Assembly (NCBI RefSeq): GCF_964204645.1
Contig: NC_134030.1
Location: forward strand, 21,040,210 to 21,104,209
DNA from: Tubulanus polymorphus
Lineage: Eukaryota > Animalia > Nemertea
Direction of reading: 5' to 3'
Length of the DNA: 64,000 bases
The notes beneath the pieces are model-generated. The model was not told the origin of the DNA, searched no databases, and saw only the letters and a program-made list of their open reading frames with translations. Made by a program: the position numbers and the translations under genes. This document shows positions 13,791 to 24,767 of the stretch, piece by piece. Numbering within the stretch: the first letter of the stretch is position 1; every line of letters begins with the position of its first letter.

Positions 13791-14741
13791 TCATTTGTTT
13801 GAATTTCTGCAGCGGACTTTCATGCAGAAATATTCACGAATTTCTCGTCCCAGTAAAAGATATATGTAGAAATTTACCACATAATTACAAATATAAAACT
13901 GGCCTAGAATGTCATAGAGAAATTCTCTTCGTTCCGGTGAGATTGGCAAAAATGTTGTAATGGTAGAAGGAACATTAAATATTGCAAATGCGAGTGAAAC
14001 TGTTACGAGCATTACTGTCGTACGTTTTGATTTTGTAGTTTTCTGATCGGACGAAACCATTTTTGAACCTCTGAATAACTGAATTATTATAACAGAATTC
14101 GATATGATAATCAGGGTTAACGGTATGATGTTATTGTAGATGACGATTATGGAAAAAAGCTTTATTTGGTCAAATAATTCGTGGTAGCATCCAAAAACCT
14201 GGTCGGTAAAATGTATGGACAAAGCAGGTGAGAGATATAGAATCAGTACATTCACTGCAGTGATTATGAATATAGCAAATCTAGCGAATCTCGGTGTACA
14301 TATCAAACGAGATGTGAACGGGAAAAGCACAACCGCCGCGCGTTCTAGTGACACAGCTACTATCAACCACGAACTATTACAAGATGCAAGCGCCATCACA
14401 AATTCATAGATTTTACAACTGATGAGTGAATTCATGATGAACATAGGACCATCGTCAACGTGCAAGAGAACAAACTGTAAAACAGGCATCAGCGTACAAT
14501 TGATGCAATACATAGAATCGCTGAGAGACAAAACGATCAGATAGTTAGCGTAAGATAAACCGCGGAATCTACAACTTATCATTATCAGGAAAGTAGCCGA
14601 ATTTCCGAACGCTCCTAGCAGCAAAAGGGTTACCAGGAGGACCAACGAGGCCGTAACGTAGCCCCCGGACTTGTTTGCCACGGACATGAGAACGATGTAA
14701 CTGGCATACGGTCGTCCGATTCGAATCCGGGTTAGATTCAT
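13791..14741 (-). CDS. Intronless orphan class A (rhodopsin-like) GPCR, peptide-receptor-like, 316 aa
   Basis: Seven hydrophobic segments; GN in TM1, LSLSD in TM2, Cys at the top of TM3, ERA at the DRY position, NVP in TM6, NFYIY in TM7. Confidence 0.9.
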   Translation of the reverse strand: MNLTRIRIGRPYASYIVLMSVANKSGGYVTASLVLLVTLLLLGAFGNSATFLIMISCRFRGLSYANYLIVLSLSDSMYCINCTLMPVLQFVLLHVDDGPMFIMNSLISCKIYEFVMALASCNSSWLIVAVSLERAAVVLFPFTSRLICTPRFARFAIFIITAVNVLILYLSPALSIHFTDQVFGCYHELFDQIKLFSIIVIYNNIIPLTLIIISNSVIIIQLFRGSKMVSSDQKTTKSKRTTVMLVTVSLAFAIFNVPSTITTFLPISPERREFLYDILGQFYICNYVVNFYIYLLLGREIREYFCMKVRCRNSNK

Positions 14742-15816
14742 GATTCACGAGGAACTGAACTATGTGTCTGGTTCACGAGCTAGAAGAATCTAGTATTAAC
14801 TGCGGAAGGTGTTTGATTGAAAATAATTCTACGAAAATGAAAATATCGATACGCACACCATCGGAACAATGTCTTACTTAATGGAAGAGTTCACAAGACA
14901 TTGTCCGCTTCAAATGAAGAATCAATTCTCTGAAATCTCATACCATTTACTAAGATCTTGTGAAATTTCGTTAATGTGTTATTATTCTATATCCACGAAT
15001 TAAATCGCATTGGAAAATAGAATAGTTAGACGCAACTAGATTAGATATCAATATTCGTTGTATATGGTAAATGGTGTATTGGTTTATAGCTAAACATCTG
15101 AACAGATTTGAAAAAGTTTGCACAAGTAGAATTCGTTTCTAAGTGAGGTTATAATGATATTACAACGAATTCCTACTATTAAGCAGTGGGAAAATCACAC
15201 CTGACCCGTAGAACATCGGGGTTAGACAACCATCTTAGATACCGGAGGTCCCGAGACTAGTCCAGTACTAACACGCACAGTAACTGTAGAAACCGTCTGG
15301 AGAATTTAGGGAGCCAAGGTTCACCGAAGTCCTCTCTTGTCGTGATGGGGGCAGATCCAAAGAGCACGTCCAACACTGATGGTTACTATAAGACGGACTG
15401 AACTTTATTTCTCTCTTAACTGCATTTGACCTACTTCATGGGAGTCGAGCTCGCCACTACTACACATGTGTCTAATCAGCTGTTGACCAGAGAAAGATGA
15501 AACATGAACAATCCCACGTTATCGGTTTGGACTCTAAAAAGACTCTTCGTTTTAGAGTCCATGGTTTGGCGAACCCGACAGTAACTTCTATCGGTAACAA
15601 CTATCATATACCATCCGTGTTTCGTTGAAACAAATTCCGAACGCGACTCCCCTTTCAGACGGAGCACACGGCCTTCATTCTTTCATCTTCTTCGATATTT
15701 CTTATTACAGTCAAGGATCACCTGTAAAGTTAATCAAGAGATCTGAAATGATTTTGATGTTCATTCAGTAACAGTAACAGTAACAGTAACAGCCTCAGAT
15801 TGTTTGTTTACCTAAG

Positions 15817-16156
15817 AGTCATCATCCGATGACTTCGTGCCACCAGCTATCCCGCTAGATGGCGTGCGTAACAGTGCGACAACCCCCGTCAAAATCTAGT
15901 TCATTCTCAATGAACTTTCTTCAAGATTTTTAGCCTCCCTCATCAGAAATTAGGCAAATCACTCTTGATAAACTTAGATGATCTTTAGGTTCATATATAA
16001 GGTGGATTTTACTAATCATCATTCAAAGAATTTGAGAAATAACGGATGGATTTTGATTGAATCTGAGAAGAAATCCGGGAGTTGTTGTCTGAATACTAGC
16101 GACACCTGGTGGATCCTCGCTTGCCACAAGTGGAATCCTCGATTGCCACAGTCGAA
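15817..16156 (+). repeat. Left arm of a ~340-bp inverted repeat flanking the PLA2 gene
   Basis: Aligns by eye to the reverse complement of 20593-20928, with scattered substitutions and small indels. Confidence 0.9.
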
Positions 16157-16685
16157 CGTAGAGTCCTCATTAGTAACGGCATGTCTGTCTGTTATTCGCG
16201 AAAACAAGCTTCAGGAAACATTTACATATATTCACTTGACTTAAGTTCGGCTTAATACTTACTTACTGACAGGCCCTGTTAGTACTCAAAGAGGTGCCTT
16301 CCTACTGGACATTGAAGACGATTATTAGGATATCTTCGAAACGTCGAATGAATATTAGCTCAAGGGCTTGTTGGGGAGTCGTTTTGGGGTTTTGTCCAAC
16401 ACCGATTATTACGATATTAGACAGAGAAGTGCCACAACCTTTTTAATTGTTTTTACTTTGACCGCGCAGGTGTCCGGTGAGATTACGGGTAATCGTCGGA
16501 TTAACGAAACGTCGATATTCGCTACAAATGAGGTGCAACGGATTTAGAAACGATTAAATGTCGTTTATTAGGATTTCCAGATTTTTGCGGATTAACGGTT
16601 TATCGAAACTGACAGAAATTATACATTTCTGGTAATCGCATATATCCTTAAAAAATGACCAGGTGTCTGCAGGGTTCGATGCCTT

Positions 16686-16691
16686 TATAAA
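16686..16691 (+). promoter_or_regulatory. TATA box of the PLA2 gene
   Basis: TATAAA 70 nt upstream of ATG 16756. Confidence 0.6.
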
Positions 16692-16755
16692 CTGGACGCA
16701 ATTCGACTGCGTTTGTCTTCTGATTTAGAACCTTTAAAGACGAAAACTCTTTAAA

Positions 16756-19049
16756 ATGAAATCAGGCACCCTGGTGAAGATATTCCTCGCTATATCGCTT
16801 ATCGCGATTTTGGGTAAGTTATATAGAACCAAAAAGCAGCTTAGACTGGTCTTAAGTTGTTAGATTGGTTATGGAACCAAAATGAGCTTAGACTGGTCTA
16901 AGTTGTTGGACTGATTATGGTCCCAAGATGAGCTTAGACTGGTCTTAAGTTGTTAGAATAGTTATGTTACCAAACGAGAGAAATCCCACTATAAGTTCAG
17001 CCAAAAATGAAATTTTCTGAGGTTATTCATCTTACACGGATATTGTGTATCTTCTCGTCTCATTACAGAACCAAAACGAGCTTAGACTGGTCCTAAGCTT
17101 TAGATTGGTTATAAAACCAAAATGAGCTTAGACTGGTCTTATGCGTTAGATTGGTTATAGAACCAAAACGAGCTTAGACTGGTCCTAAGCTTTAGATTGG
17201 TTATAAAACCAAAATGAGCTTAGACTGGTCTTAAGTTGTTAGATTGGTTATAGAACCAAAACGAGCTTAGACTGGTCTTAAGCTTTAGATTGGTTATTAA
17301 ACCAAGATGAGCTTAGACTGGTCTTAAGCTTTAGATTGGTTATAGAACCAAAACGAGCTTAGACTGGTCTTAAGCTTTAGATTGGTTATTAAACCAAGAT
17401 GAGCTTAGACTGGTCTTAAGCTTTAGATTGGTTGTAGAACCAAAATGAACTCATATTAATCCTGTCACAATAATAATTGATTCAGTTTCGGAAATCATCA
17501 CCACGAATGAAAATAAAGTCAAATGGAAGATTTTCGGTATAAAATGAATCAATGGCTTCTTTTTTTAGCTGTTGAGAAAAGTTCGCAAAATGTTGCCCAA
17601 TTCGCGGCGATGATTCGACACACAACTCGTCGGAGGGCGTTGGACTTTAATAAGTATGGAAACTGGTGCGGGAAGGGAGGTGGCGGTCCGGTACTTGATA
17701 GAATCGATCGGTAAGTTTATCAGTTTACTTACCCTTCACATATTGTTTCATAAATTTCATTTTAGGGCCCATTACTGAGTGAACTACTTTTGGTCGAGGT
17801 TTTTCGTCGTTTCCGTATATAGGCTTTGTTCTTGTCAAAACTGATGCCGCAGCAATAGAGGATTTCACTCAGTGCAAGTACCGATCAACCAGGTGTCGCT
17901 AGTGCGCAGTAGGACATCAACTACTGCGGCAATAGAGGATTTCACTCAGTGCAAGTACCGATCAACCAGGTGTCGCTAGTGCGCAGTAGGACATCGACTA
18001 CTGCGGCAATAGAGGATTCTACTCGTGGCAAGTGAGGATCCACCAGGTGTCGGTAGTGTGCAGTAGAACATCAACTACTGCAGCGATAGAGTATTCCATT
18101 TTTAGCAAGTCAGGATCCACCAGGTGTCGCTAGTGAGCAGTAGAACATCGGAAGAGGGTGTGACTAGAATGCAGGAATGAAACGCTGGGATTTCCCAGTG
18201 TATCGAGTTGGTGGGCTTCGAGAATTGATCATCAAAGTACAGCATCGGTTCTAAGATATGATTTGATTATTTTTCCAGATGCTGTTATGATCATGATAAA
18301 TGTTGGGCCAGACTGAAAAGTGGAACTTGTTTAGGACGCAATCTGTTTACTACACCTTACAACTATGACAAAGTGTTTAACCGACGACTGGCCTGCGGTA
18401 AGTTCCTCAATATCAAACTTAAAACATGAAACAAGTCATCGGGGGATGGGTGGTAGCAGTTTCAACTTAACAAAGGCGATCGGGTTGGACTATAGTGCGA
18501 CCTGTGTTAGGCATAACATTGACAGGAGCTCATTCTAGAGCTACCAATCAGAGTGCGTTTTCCATTAGAACGTGCACCCCCATTGGCTGGTTAGCTACTG
18601 ACCAATCATGCGCAATTTACATTAGAACACGCACCCCTATTGGCTGGTTAGCTTGTGACCAATCAGAACCGGTTTTACAATAGCCACTGTTTCAATTGGC
18701 TGGCTGGCGGATTTTACAAGAACACGTCGATGGCTGAAAATCATTAGCTGGTTACAACGGACCAATCAGAGTAGCATCTCACAGCCAATATTTCGGATGA
18801 TTAAAACTTTGAAAGAACATTATACTCCGCCTTAATTGGGACAGTACACATTTCACAGAAGAGAATCAGAATTTGAAGCCCCGTTCACACTCAGACATGA
18901 ATTGAATTCTCTCTCCTTTTCCAGGTAAAAATAGGTGGGGATCGGCAAGTCTTAGAAGATGTAAGCGAGCTCTGTGCGAGTGTGACAAGAAGTGCGCTTA
19001 CTGCTTCAAGGCTAACCTGAAACATTACGACGTTAATAACAAACATTAG
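16756..19049 (+). CDS. Secreted phospholipase A2 (group I/II-like fold), 147-aa precursor. Exons 16756-16813, 17569-17710, 18279-18397, 18925-19049
   Basis: All introns are GT-AG and in frame. Translation: MKSGTLVKIFLAISLIAILAVEKSSQ-NVAQFAAMIRHTTRRRALDFNKYGNWCGKGGGGPVLDRIDRCCYDHDKCWARLKSGTCLGRNLFTTPYNYDKVFNRRLACGKNRWGSASLRRCKRALCECDKKCAYCFKANLKHYDVNNKH. Shows the Ca2+ loop (YGNWCGxGG), catalytic DxCCxxHD and the CECD aspartate. Confidence 0.93.
16820..17450. repeat. 46-47 bp tandem array in PLA2 intron 1 (gagcttagactggtcttaagctttagattggttatagaaccaaaac)
   Basis: About 11-12 copies, interrupted at ~16980-17065. Confidence 0.9.
17850..18150 (+). repeat. 77-bp repeat family (ggatccaccaggtgtcgctagtgtgcagtaggacatcaactactgcggcaatagagg...), 4 copies in PLA2 intron 2
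   Basis: Same unit recurs at 39372-39632, 53875-53930, 55795-55830 and 56015-56220. Confidence 0.9.
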
Positions 19050-19144
19050 AAATTGACCGGAAATTGTTGTCAACCAATTGAATCGATGAATAATGAGGCA
19101 TGATAGATACAACGTCTTAGACATTTCTTCAATCAGGAACTTCA

Positions 19145-19665
19145 ATCAGGAACTGGGTTCAGAGCCAAATTAAACCCTCACAAATGTGGAGCTGGGGGCC
19201 AGAGTCAAATTATTCCCACACAACTGTGGAACTGGACTCGGAGTGAAATGAAATCCACGCAACTGCGCACAATTTCATAAATTAAACCCTCACAACTGTG
19301 GAACTGGGTTCAGAGCTAAATTAAACCCTCACAACTGTGGAACTGGGTTCAGAGCCAAATTAAACCCTCACAAATGTGGAGCTGGGGGCCAGAGTCAAAT
19401 TATTCCCACACGACTGTGGAACTGGGTTCGGAGTGAAATGAAATCCACGCAACTGCGCAACTGGGTTCAAGGTCTTAAATTAAACCCTCACAACTGTGGA
19501 ACTGGGTTCAGAGCTAAATCAAACCCTCACAACTGTGCCACTGGGTACAGAGTGAAATGTAACCCACACAACTGTGGAACTGGGTACAGAGTGAAATGTA
19601 ACCCACACAACTGTGGAACTGGGTTCAGAGTGAAATGTAACCCACACAATTGTAGTACTGGATTA
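19145..19665 (+). repeat. 39-bp tandem array (aaacccacacaactgtggaactgggttcagagc...) just 3' of PLA2
   Basis: Tandem copies; same family at 43950-44240 and 54085-54595. Confidence 0.9.
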
Positions 19666-20592
19666 TAGGTAGTCCAGATTGCAAACGAGTTCAAATTGTT
19701 TTAACAAATCGATATTTTCTACCTTTGGATTACATTTCATGAATAACCTTTGAATTGCCATTCTGCAAAAGTATTTAATCTAATCCCTTATACTAAAAAT
19801 GTCTAATGTCCCTGATACTTGAAAACCCGAGAAAAATCCTTTGTACAAATGCGATAAAAATGGTCTCAATTTCAGACAGCGCTACTAATTCTATAGGCGC
19901 GCTTTTAAGCTTTTGAAAACACATGTAGATTTCAATCATCCCCAACATCTGAAATGCAAACATCTAAAATATATATTTCGGGATTTGAAGGATTCGCGCT
20001 AAAAGCCTCGTAATTACCGAGTCGTTCAGACCTGCGGAATAAGACGATATCGATTCTGGTAAATAAGATAGTGGGGAGAGAGAGAGTGTTGTTGAAGGCT
20101 GTTATCACGGGTTTTGTGCTGCTTTCTCGCTGTATGATGTGTTCGTTAGAACAGTCGATATCGAGTACGAAGCGGAGGGTAAGGATAAAAACAAGAAACC
20201 AATTTGAGAACTATGTAAATTAAAAAGAGAAAAGCTACTTTTAAAGAAATGTGATTTTTTAATGAATCATCGAAATCGGATTCTGATGCTCTGTAATTGA
20301 AACCACGTTGCTTCTCTAGCCCAGACCCAGAACTTGATTCTTTAACAATTCAGCAATTAAGCAATTGTTCAGTCATTTAAACAAAATGTTTGTGGTTCGA
20401 GTTGGTACGTCGTTACCCATCTTGTCGTCCAGTCGTTTGGATTACCGTTGGTTGGCCTGGTGTCTCGGGGTTATTTCTGACCCAGCCATCGTCGGCGTGA
20501 CATATGCCATTATTCGTCTCAACAGCGTCGTGATATCTCAACCGGACGCCGTTTTGTTTCAGAGCAGACGTAAACGATAGTGAAACGCAGGA

Positions 20593-20928
20593 TTCGTCTG
20601 TGGCAATCGAGGATCCCACTTGTGACAAGCGAGGATCCACCAGGTGTCGCTAGTGTGCATTCAGAAAACAACTCCCGGATTTCTTCTCAGATTCAATTAA
20701 AACCTATCCGTAATTTCTCAAATTTTTTGAATGATGATTAGTAAAATCCACCTTATATATGAACTTAAAGATCATCTAAGTTTATCAAGAGTGATTTGCC
20801 TAATTTCTGATGAGGGAGGCTAACAAATCTTCATTGAAAATGAACTAGGTTTTGACAGGGGTTGTCGCACTGATACACTCGCCATCTAGCGGGAGATAGC
20901 TGGTGGCACGGAGTCCTCATTGACGACT
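20593..20928 (-). repeat. Right arm of the inverted repeat flanking PLA2
   Basis: Reverse complement of 15817-16156. Confidence 0.9.
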
Positions 20929-21686
20929 ATTGTTTTCCCCACCACAGATCCTTTTGACCGCTCTGAAAATCTTTACCGACGAATCATAAACAGTTAACAA
21001 CCCGATTATTGATTTATTTAATCGAATTTTAATTGAATCTAATTATACTACGAGATTTGACGACTGAGTTACAAATATGTATTCAATTCGAGCTTTTTCT
21101 TGGATGCCACGACGAAGACAGTCAGTCAGTCAGTATACAACTGACTGTGATTTGGTTTTATAATCGGATATTCCCAAACCACCGTAATTATATCCCATTA
21201 TAAACCGAATCATAGACGCTTAGGAACAAAATAACGCTTGACAGTTGCTGCCGCAACACTGAGATGAATCGTTACACGCCTGGCCTTTTGGCAAGCAACC
21301 TATATTTTAAAAAAAAATAACGTGAAATTAGTAGTGAAATTTAGAAGTAGAACAATTCTTCACATTACTAAAATCGAAGAAATGATTTGAACCTCGACCC
21401 CGGATCCTTGCGATGGCGATGATAGACGCCCCTCGATCTTCGGACAAACAAATATATACAAGAGTTTTGGAAATAAATAGTGTATGTAAGAACAATATTG
21501 CTCGACTTCAATTGACTGGGTTTTTATCAGAATATAACTATTCAATATTATTTCTGAAATGTATTCATCTAATTAATTCGTTCAGCCGATAGACGCCTAC
21601 TAAATGTTTACTGATAATTGTGAATTTTATTACATCATTTATGGAATCCTACGAAATTGTGTATCATTTTCCAAACAGATACTCAC

Positions 21687-21759
21687 CTTCTGCTAACGCC
21701 ACGGCACTGACCACAATCGCAACGATTCCACATATGCGAGTCATTGAATAAGCAAACAT
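21687..21759 (-). CDS. Putative first coding exon of a secreted protein (signal peptide MFAYSMTRICGIVAIVVSAVALAE); downstream exons unresolved
   Basis: ATG, a hydrophobic core ending A-L-A, then a phase-1 consensus donor AAG|gtgagt. Confidence 0.45.
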
Positions 21760-22117
21760 TTTCTTCGTCTAGGATTTGAATTGAATATATGCTACTATAG
21801 CAATTTGGCATTGCGGGGAAATCTCAAATATTCTGATTATTCAACAATTTTGAAGAATTGCTGAGAATTATTCAATGAAAGGTGCAACATCATAGAAAAG
21901 AGACTCCATATTTTTTCGAATAGAATAAAGTCAACATTAAAATCATGGAGTCACTTTTCTATATTTAACCCCTTTCGATGAAGACTTTTGGGAATCCTTC
22001 AATACAGTTAAAATGGACCAGAAATAAATGTTTTAGGTCCACTGCCAGTCATTCCTGGCTCTTATAAGGTATTTGTTAGGTATATACCATCGAAACTGAC
22101 TGAGCTAGGCCACCAAG

Positions 22118-22222
22118 GTCCGGTTTTATGGACTGGTATTATCTTTTAACTCGGGGGGCCAACTCAATTCATATTCAATTCGGATAACCCCCGGGTTAAA
22201 GATAATACCAGTCCGTAAAACC
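22118..22222. mobile_element. Hairpin MITE
   Basis: Inverted arms ggttttatggactggtattatcttttaactcggggg / cccccgggttaaagataataccagtccgtaaaacc. Confidence 0.7.
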
Positions 22223-22834
22223 ATCCCCCGATATGCTCTCGGGTCACGTAAGTTTCCACGACCATCAACGTTTTTAGAAATCATGAAGGTATGAATATGT
22301 CTTCACTGCGCTTACCTTAGTCGCTTCTTCCAACGTGTTCAACTTTCGTAGTGAAAAATATCTAGATTTCTCGAGCCAAAAACAGTCGACGAATGACTAA
22401 AACATATTGCGTGCGACATTCTATACGTTTCAAATACAAATTGAAAAATTGAGAAATTGAACTGATTACACAGCTTGATATCGATTGGAACGGATCGTAT
22501 TTGTTTAAAGGAGTTTCAGCTTTATCCGCCATGCCACCAGAATTTTCTGTCAGAATTGAAATTAGGTTTGCGATGCTCGACAAATTTGGCCCGAGCCCGA
22601 TCCGTGCCAATTTGGCCCGGGCCAAATCGTCTCCAAGTGATCGCGGCTTATCATTTAGGGCAATAGGCCTTCACTCATGTACAGCCTCCTGGCTTGCCCG
22701 TTGTCCTTTCTCCTTTTCACGAATTATCTAATTTATGCTGTATTTATGAATTTGTGTGAAATTTATTGTAAATAGGAGATAAATAAAGAGATATTTCTGA
22801 TATCCCAATTTTCATTATTATTTCATTATTACCA

Positions 22835-23285
22835 TCTGAGAAAATGAACTACAAACGCCAGACATTAGATATTTTATCAGCTCACTTTCAAAAACTGATC
22901 GTCCACACTTCACATGTGTTCAGTGCTTCACCTGAGACATTTCTAATTGAAAATGAACTACAAACACCAGATATGAGACATTTTATCAGCACACTTTCAA
23001 AAACTGATCGTCAACACTTCACATGTGTTCAGTGCTTCACCTGAGACATTTTTAACTGAAAATGAACTACAAACACCAGACATCAGACATTTTGTCAGAA
23101 CACTTTCAAAAACTGATCGTCCACACTTTACATGTGTTCAGTGCTTCACTTGAGACATTTTTGATTGAAAATGAACTACAAACACCAGATATTAGACATT
23201 TATCAGCATACTTTCAAAAACTGATCGTCCACACTTCACATGTGTTCAGAACTTCACCGTAGATATTTTTCATTGGATATAAACT
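22835..23285 (+). repeat. 109-bp satellite family, ~4 copies
   Basis: Same unit as the other 109-bp arrays; source of the spurious MNYKHQ ORFs. Confidence 0.9.
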
Positions 23286-23699
23286 AAGAAAATCTCACAT
23301 CATATATTTGATCACCTCATATCCAGAAAATGGTCGAAATATCCTGCGCAAGAGTGTGATATTGATTGCCAATACGCGAACATGATAAACGCTTAAACAC
23401 TTCGTTCGAGGTAGTTATCGAGGCCAGTTTTAATCAATAACATCATCGTTAATCTAATTCCATACAGTTATGGGGGTTTTTTAAATAGTATCATCGATTC
23501 CACACAAATATTCATATATGCGGTAGATATTTTAATCTCGCTTTTTACCCGAGAATCGGCCTAAATATCAATCTCTTATCCAGCGATTTTGTGGTCCAAC
23601 TAAACAGACTCTGCAGCAGTTGGATTTACATTAATGGCCTAATTATCGATGAGCAGTTTATTCTAATTCATAAACCGGCTACGGGAAGAATAATAACAC

Positions 23700-23945
23700 G
23701 CGTCAGTTCACCAAACAACCTTCTTATCTCACGTACAAAATCTAACTTTGGTGATCGTATTTTTCGGCTTCTGGCCCCAAACTTTGGAATTCCCTCCTGG
23801 CCTTGCGGGCTTGAAATCACTGGACTCAATCGATAGTTTCAGCTCAAAACATGGTTGTTCCACAAACACTTTGGAGAAACAGCGCTTTGAGCTTGGCATG
23901 GAAAGGCGCTATATAAATATTCTTTATTATCATCATTATCATTAT
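23700..23945 (+). mobile_element. 3' end remnant of an L2/CR1-type LINE
   Basis: Frameshifted LLISRTKSNFGD.../SASGPKLWNSL motif typical of L2/CR1 RT C-termini, then gcgctttgag...ggcgctatataaat and a (tat/cat)n tail. Confidence 0.65.
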
Positions 23946-24145
23946 CATTGCCGTTGCCGTTGCCGTTGCCGTTACCGTCACCGTCACCGTCACCGTCACC
24001 GTCAACTTTACCGTTACCGTTACCGTTACCGTTACCGTTACCGACCGTTACCGTTACCGTCACCGTCACCGTCAGCGTCACCGTCACCGTCAACTTTACC
24101 GTTACCGTTACCGTTACCGTTACCGTTACCGTTACCGTCACCGTT
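23946..24145. repeat. Hexamer microsatellite (ccgttg/ccgtca/ccgtta)n
   Basis: Direct observation. Confidence 0.95.
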
Positions 24146-24767
24146 GGTCGGTCTAATCTTGGGGTAATCATTATCATTCAGCATTTTATTCACGTAGTGA
24201 CGTCACCTGAATACATGTAGAAAGCTAATAATGTTCGGTGTATTTGGTATAGATTGAAACAACGTTATTCAGGGATAGGGAATTCGTTTTTTATATAATT
24301 GATTATCAATTCATTTCAGTTTTCATCGGTTGTGTTGACACTCGAGGAGCCCCGCACTCTGTCAAACTGGTAGCACATGTATTTGCTCATCGATTCATCA
24401 TGAGTTTCTAATCGATCAGAAATTAGTAACCAGAACCTCAAACGCACTAGGCGATTGGTATACGTGTATTTGCTCATAGATTCCCGATGATTGCTAATCG
24501 GTCAGAAATTTCAGTAACCGGAAACTTCAGCGCAACAGGTGAGTAAATCGGCTGACATTTATTCGATGGTGAATTGTTTAGATGTCGCTATCTAGTATAC
24601 AGCAGAATAAGCATTTCTAGATTCCAACTGATGGAAATTCTAATGTAAGCTCAATAAGATTCGCCTTACCACCGATACCGCCGAAAGACTGACTTTTTTA
24701 ATCATTGTGTTTTTAAGGTGCTAATCGTCAACCGAGCTCCGGTACTGCGGGTATAAAAGTAATAGTG

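Noticed and set aside
18530-18790. Cluster of CCAAT boxes in PLA2 intron 3 as an internal promoter
   Set aside because: They occur as alternating inverted ccaatca/attggct units typical of a degenerate repeat; no downstream exon is supported.
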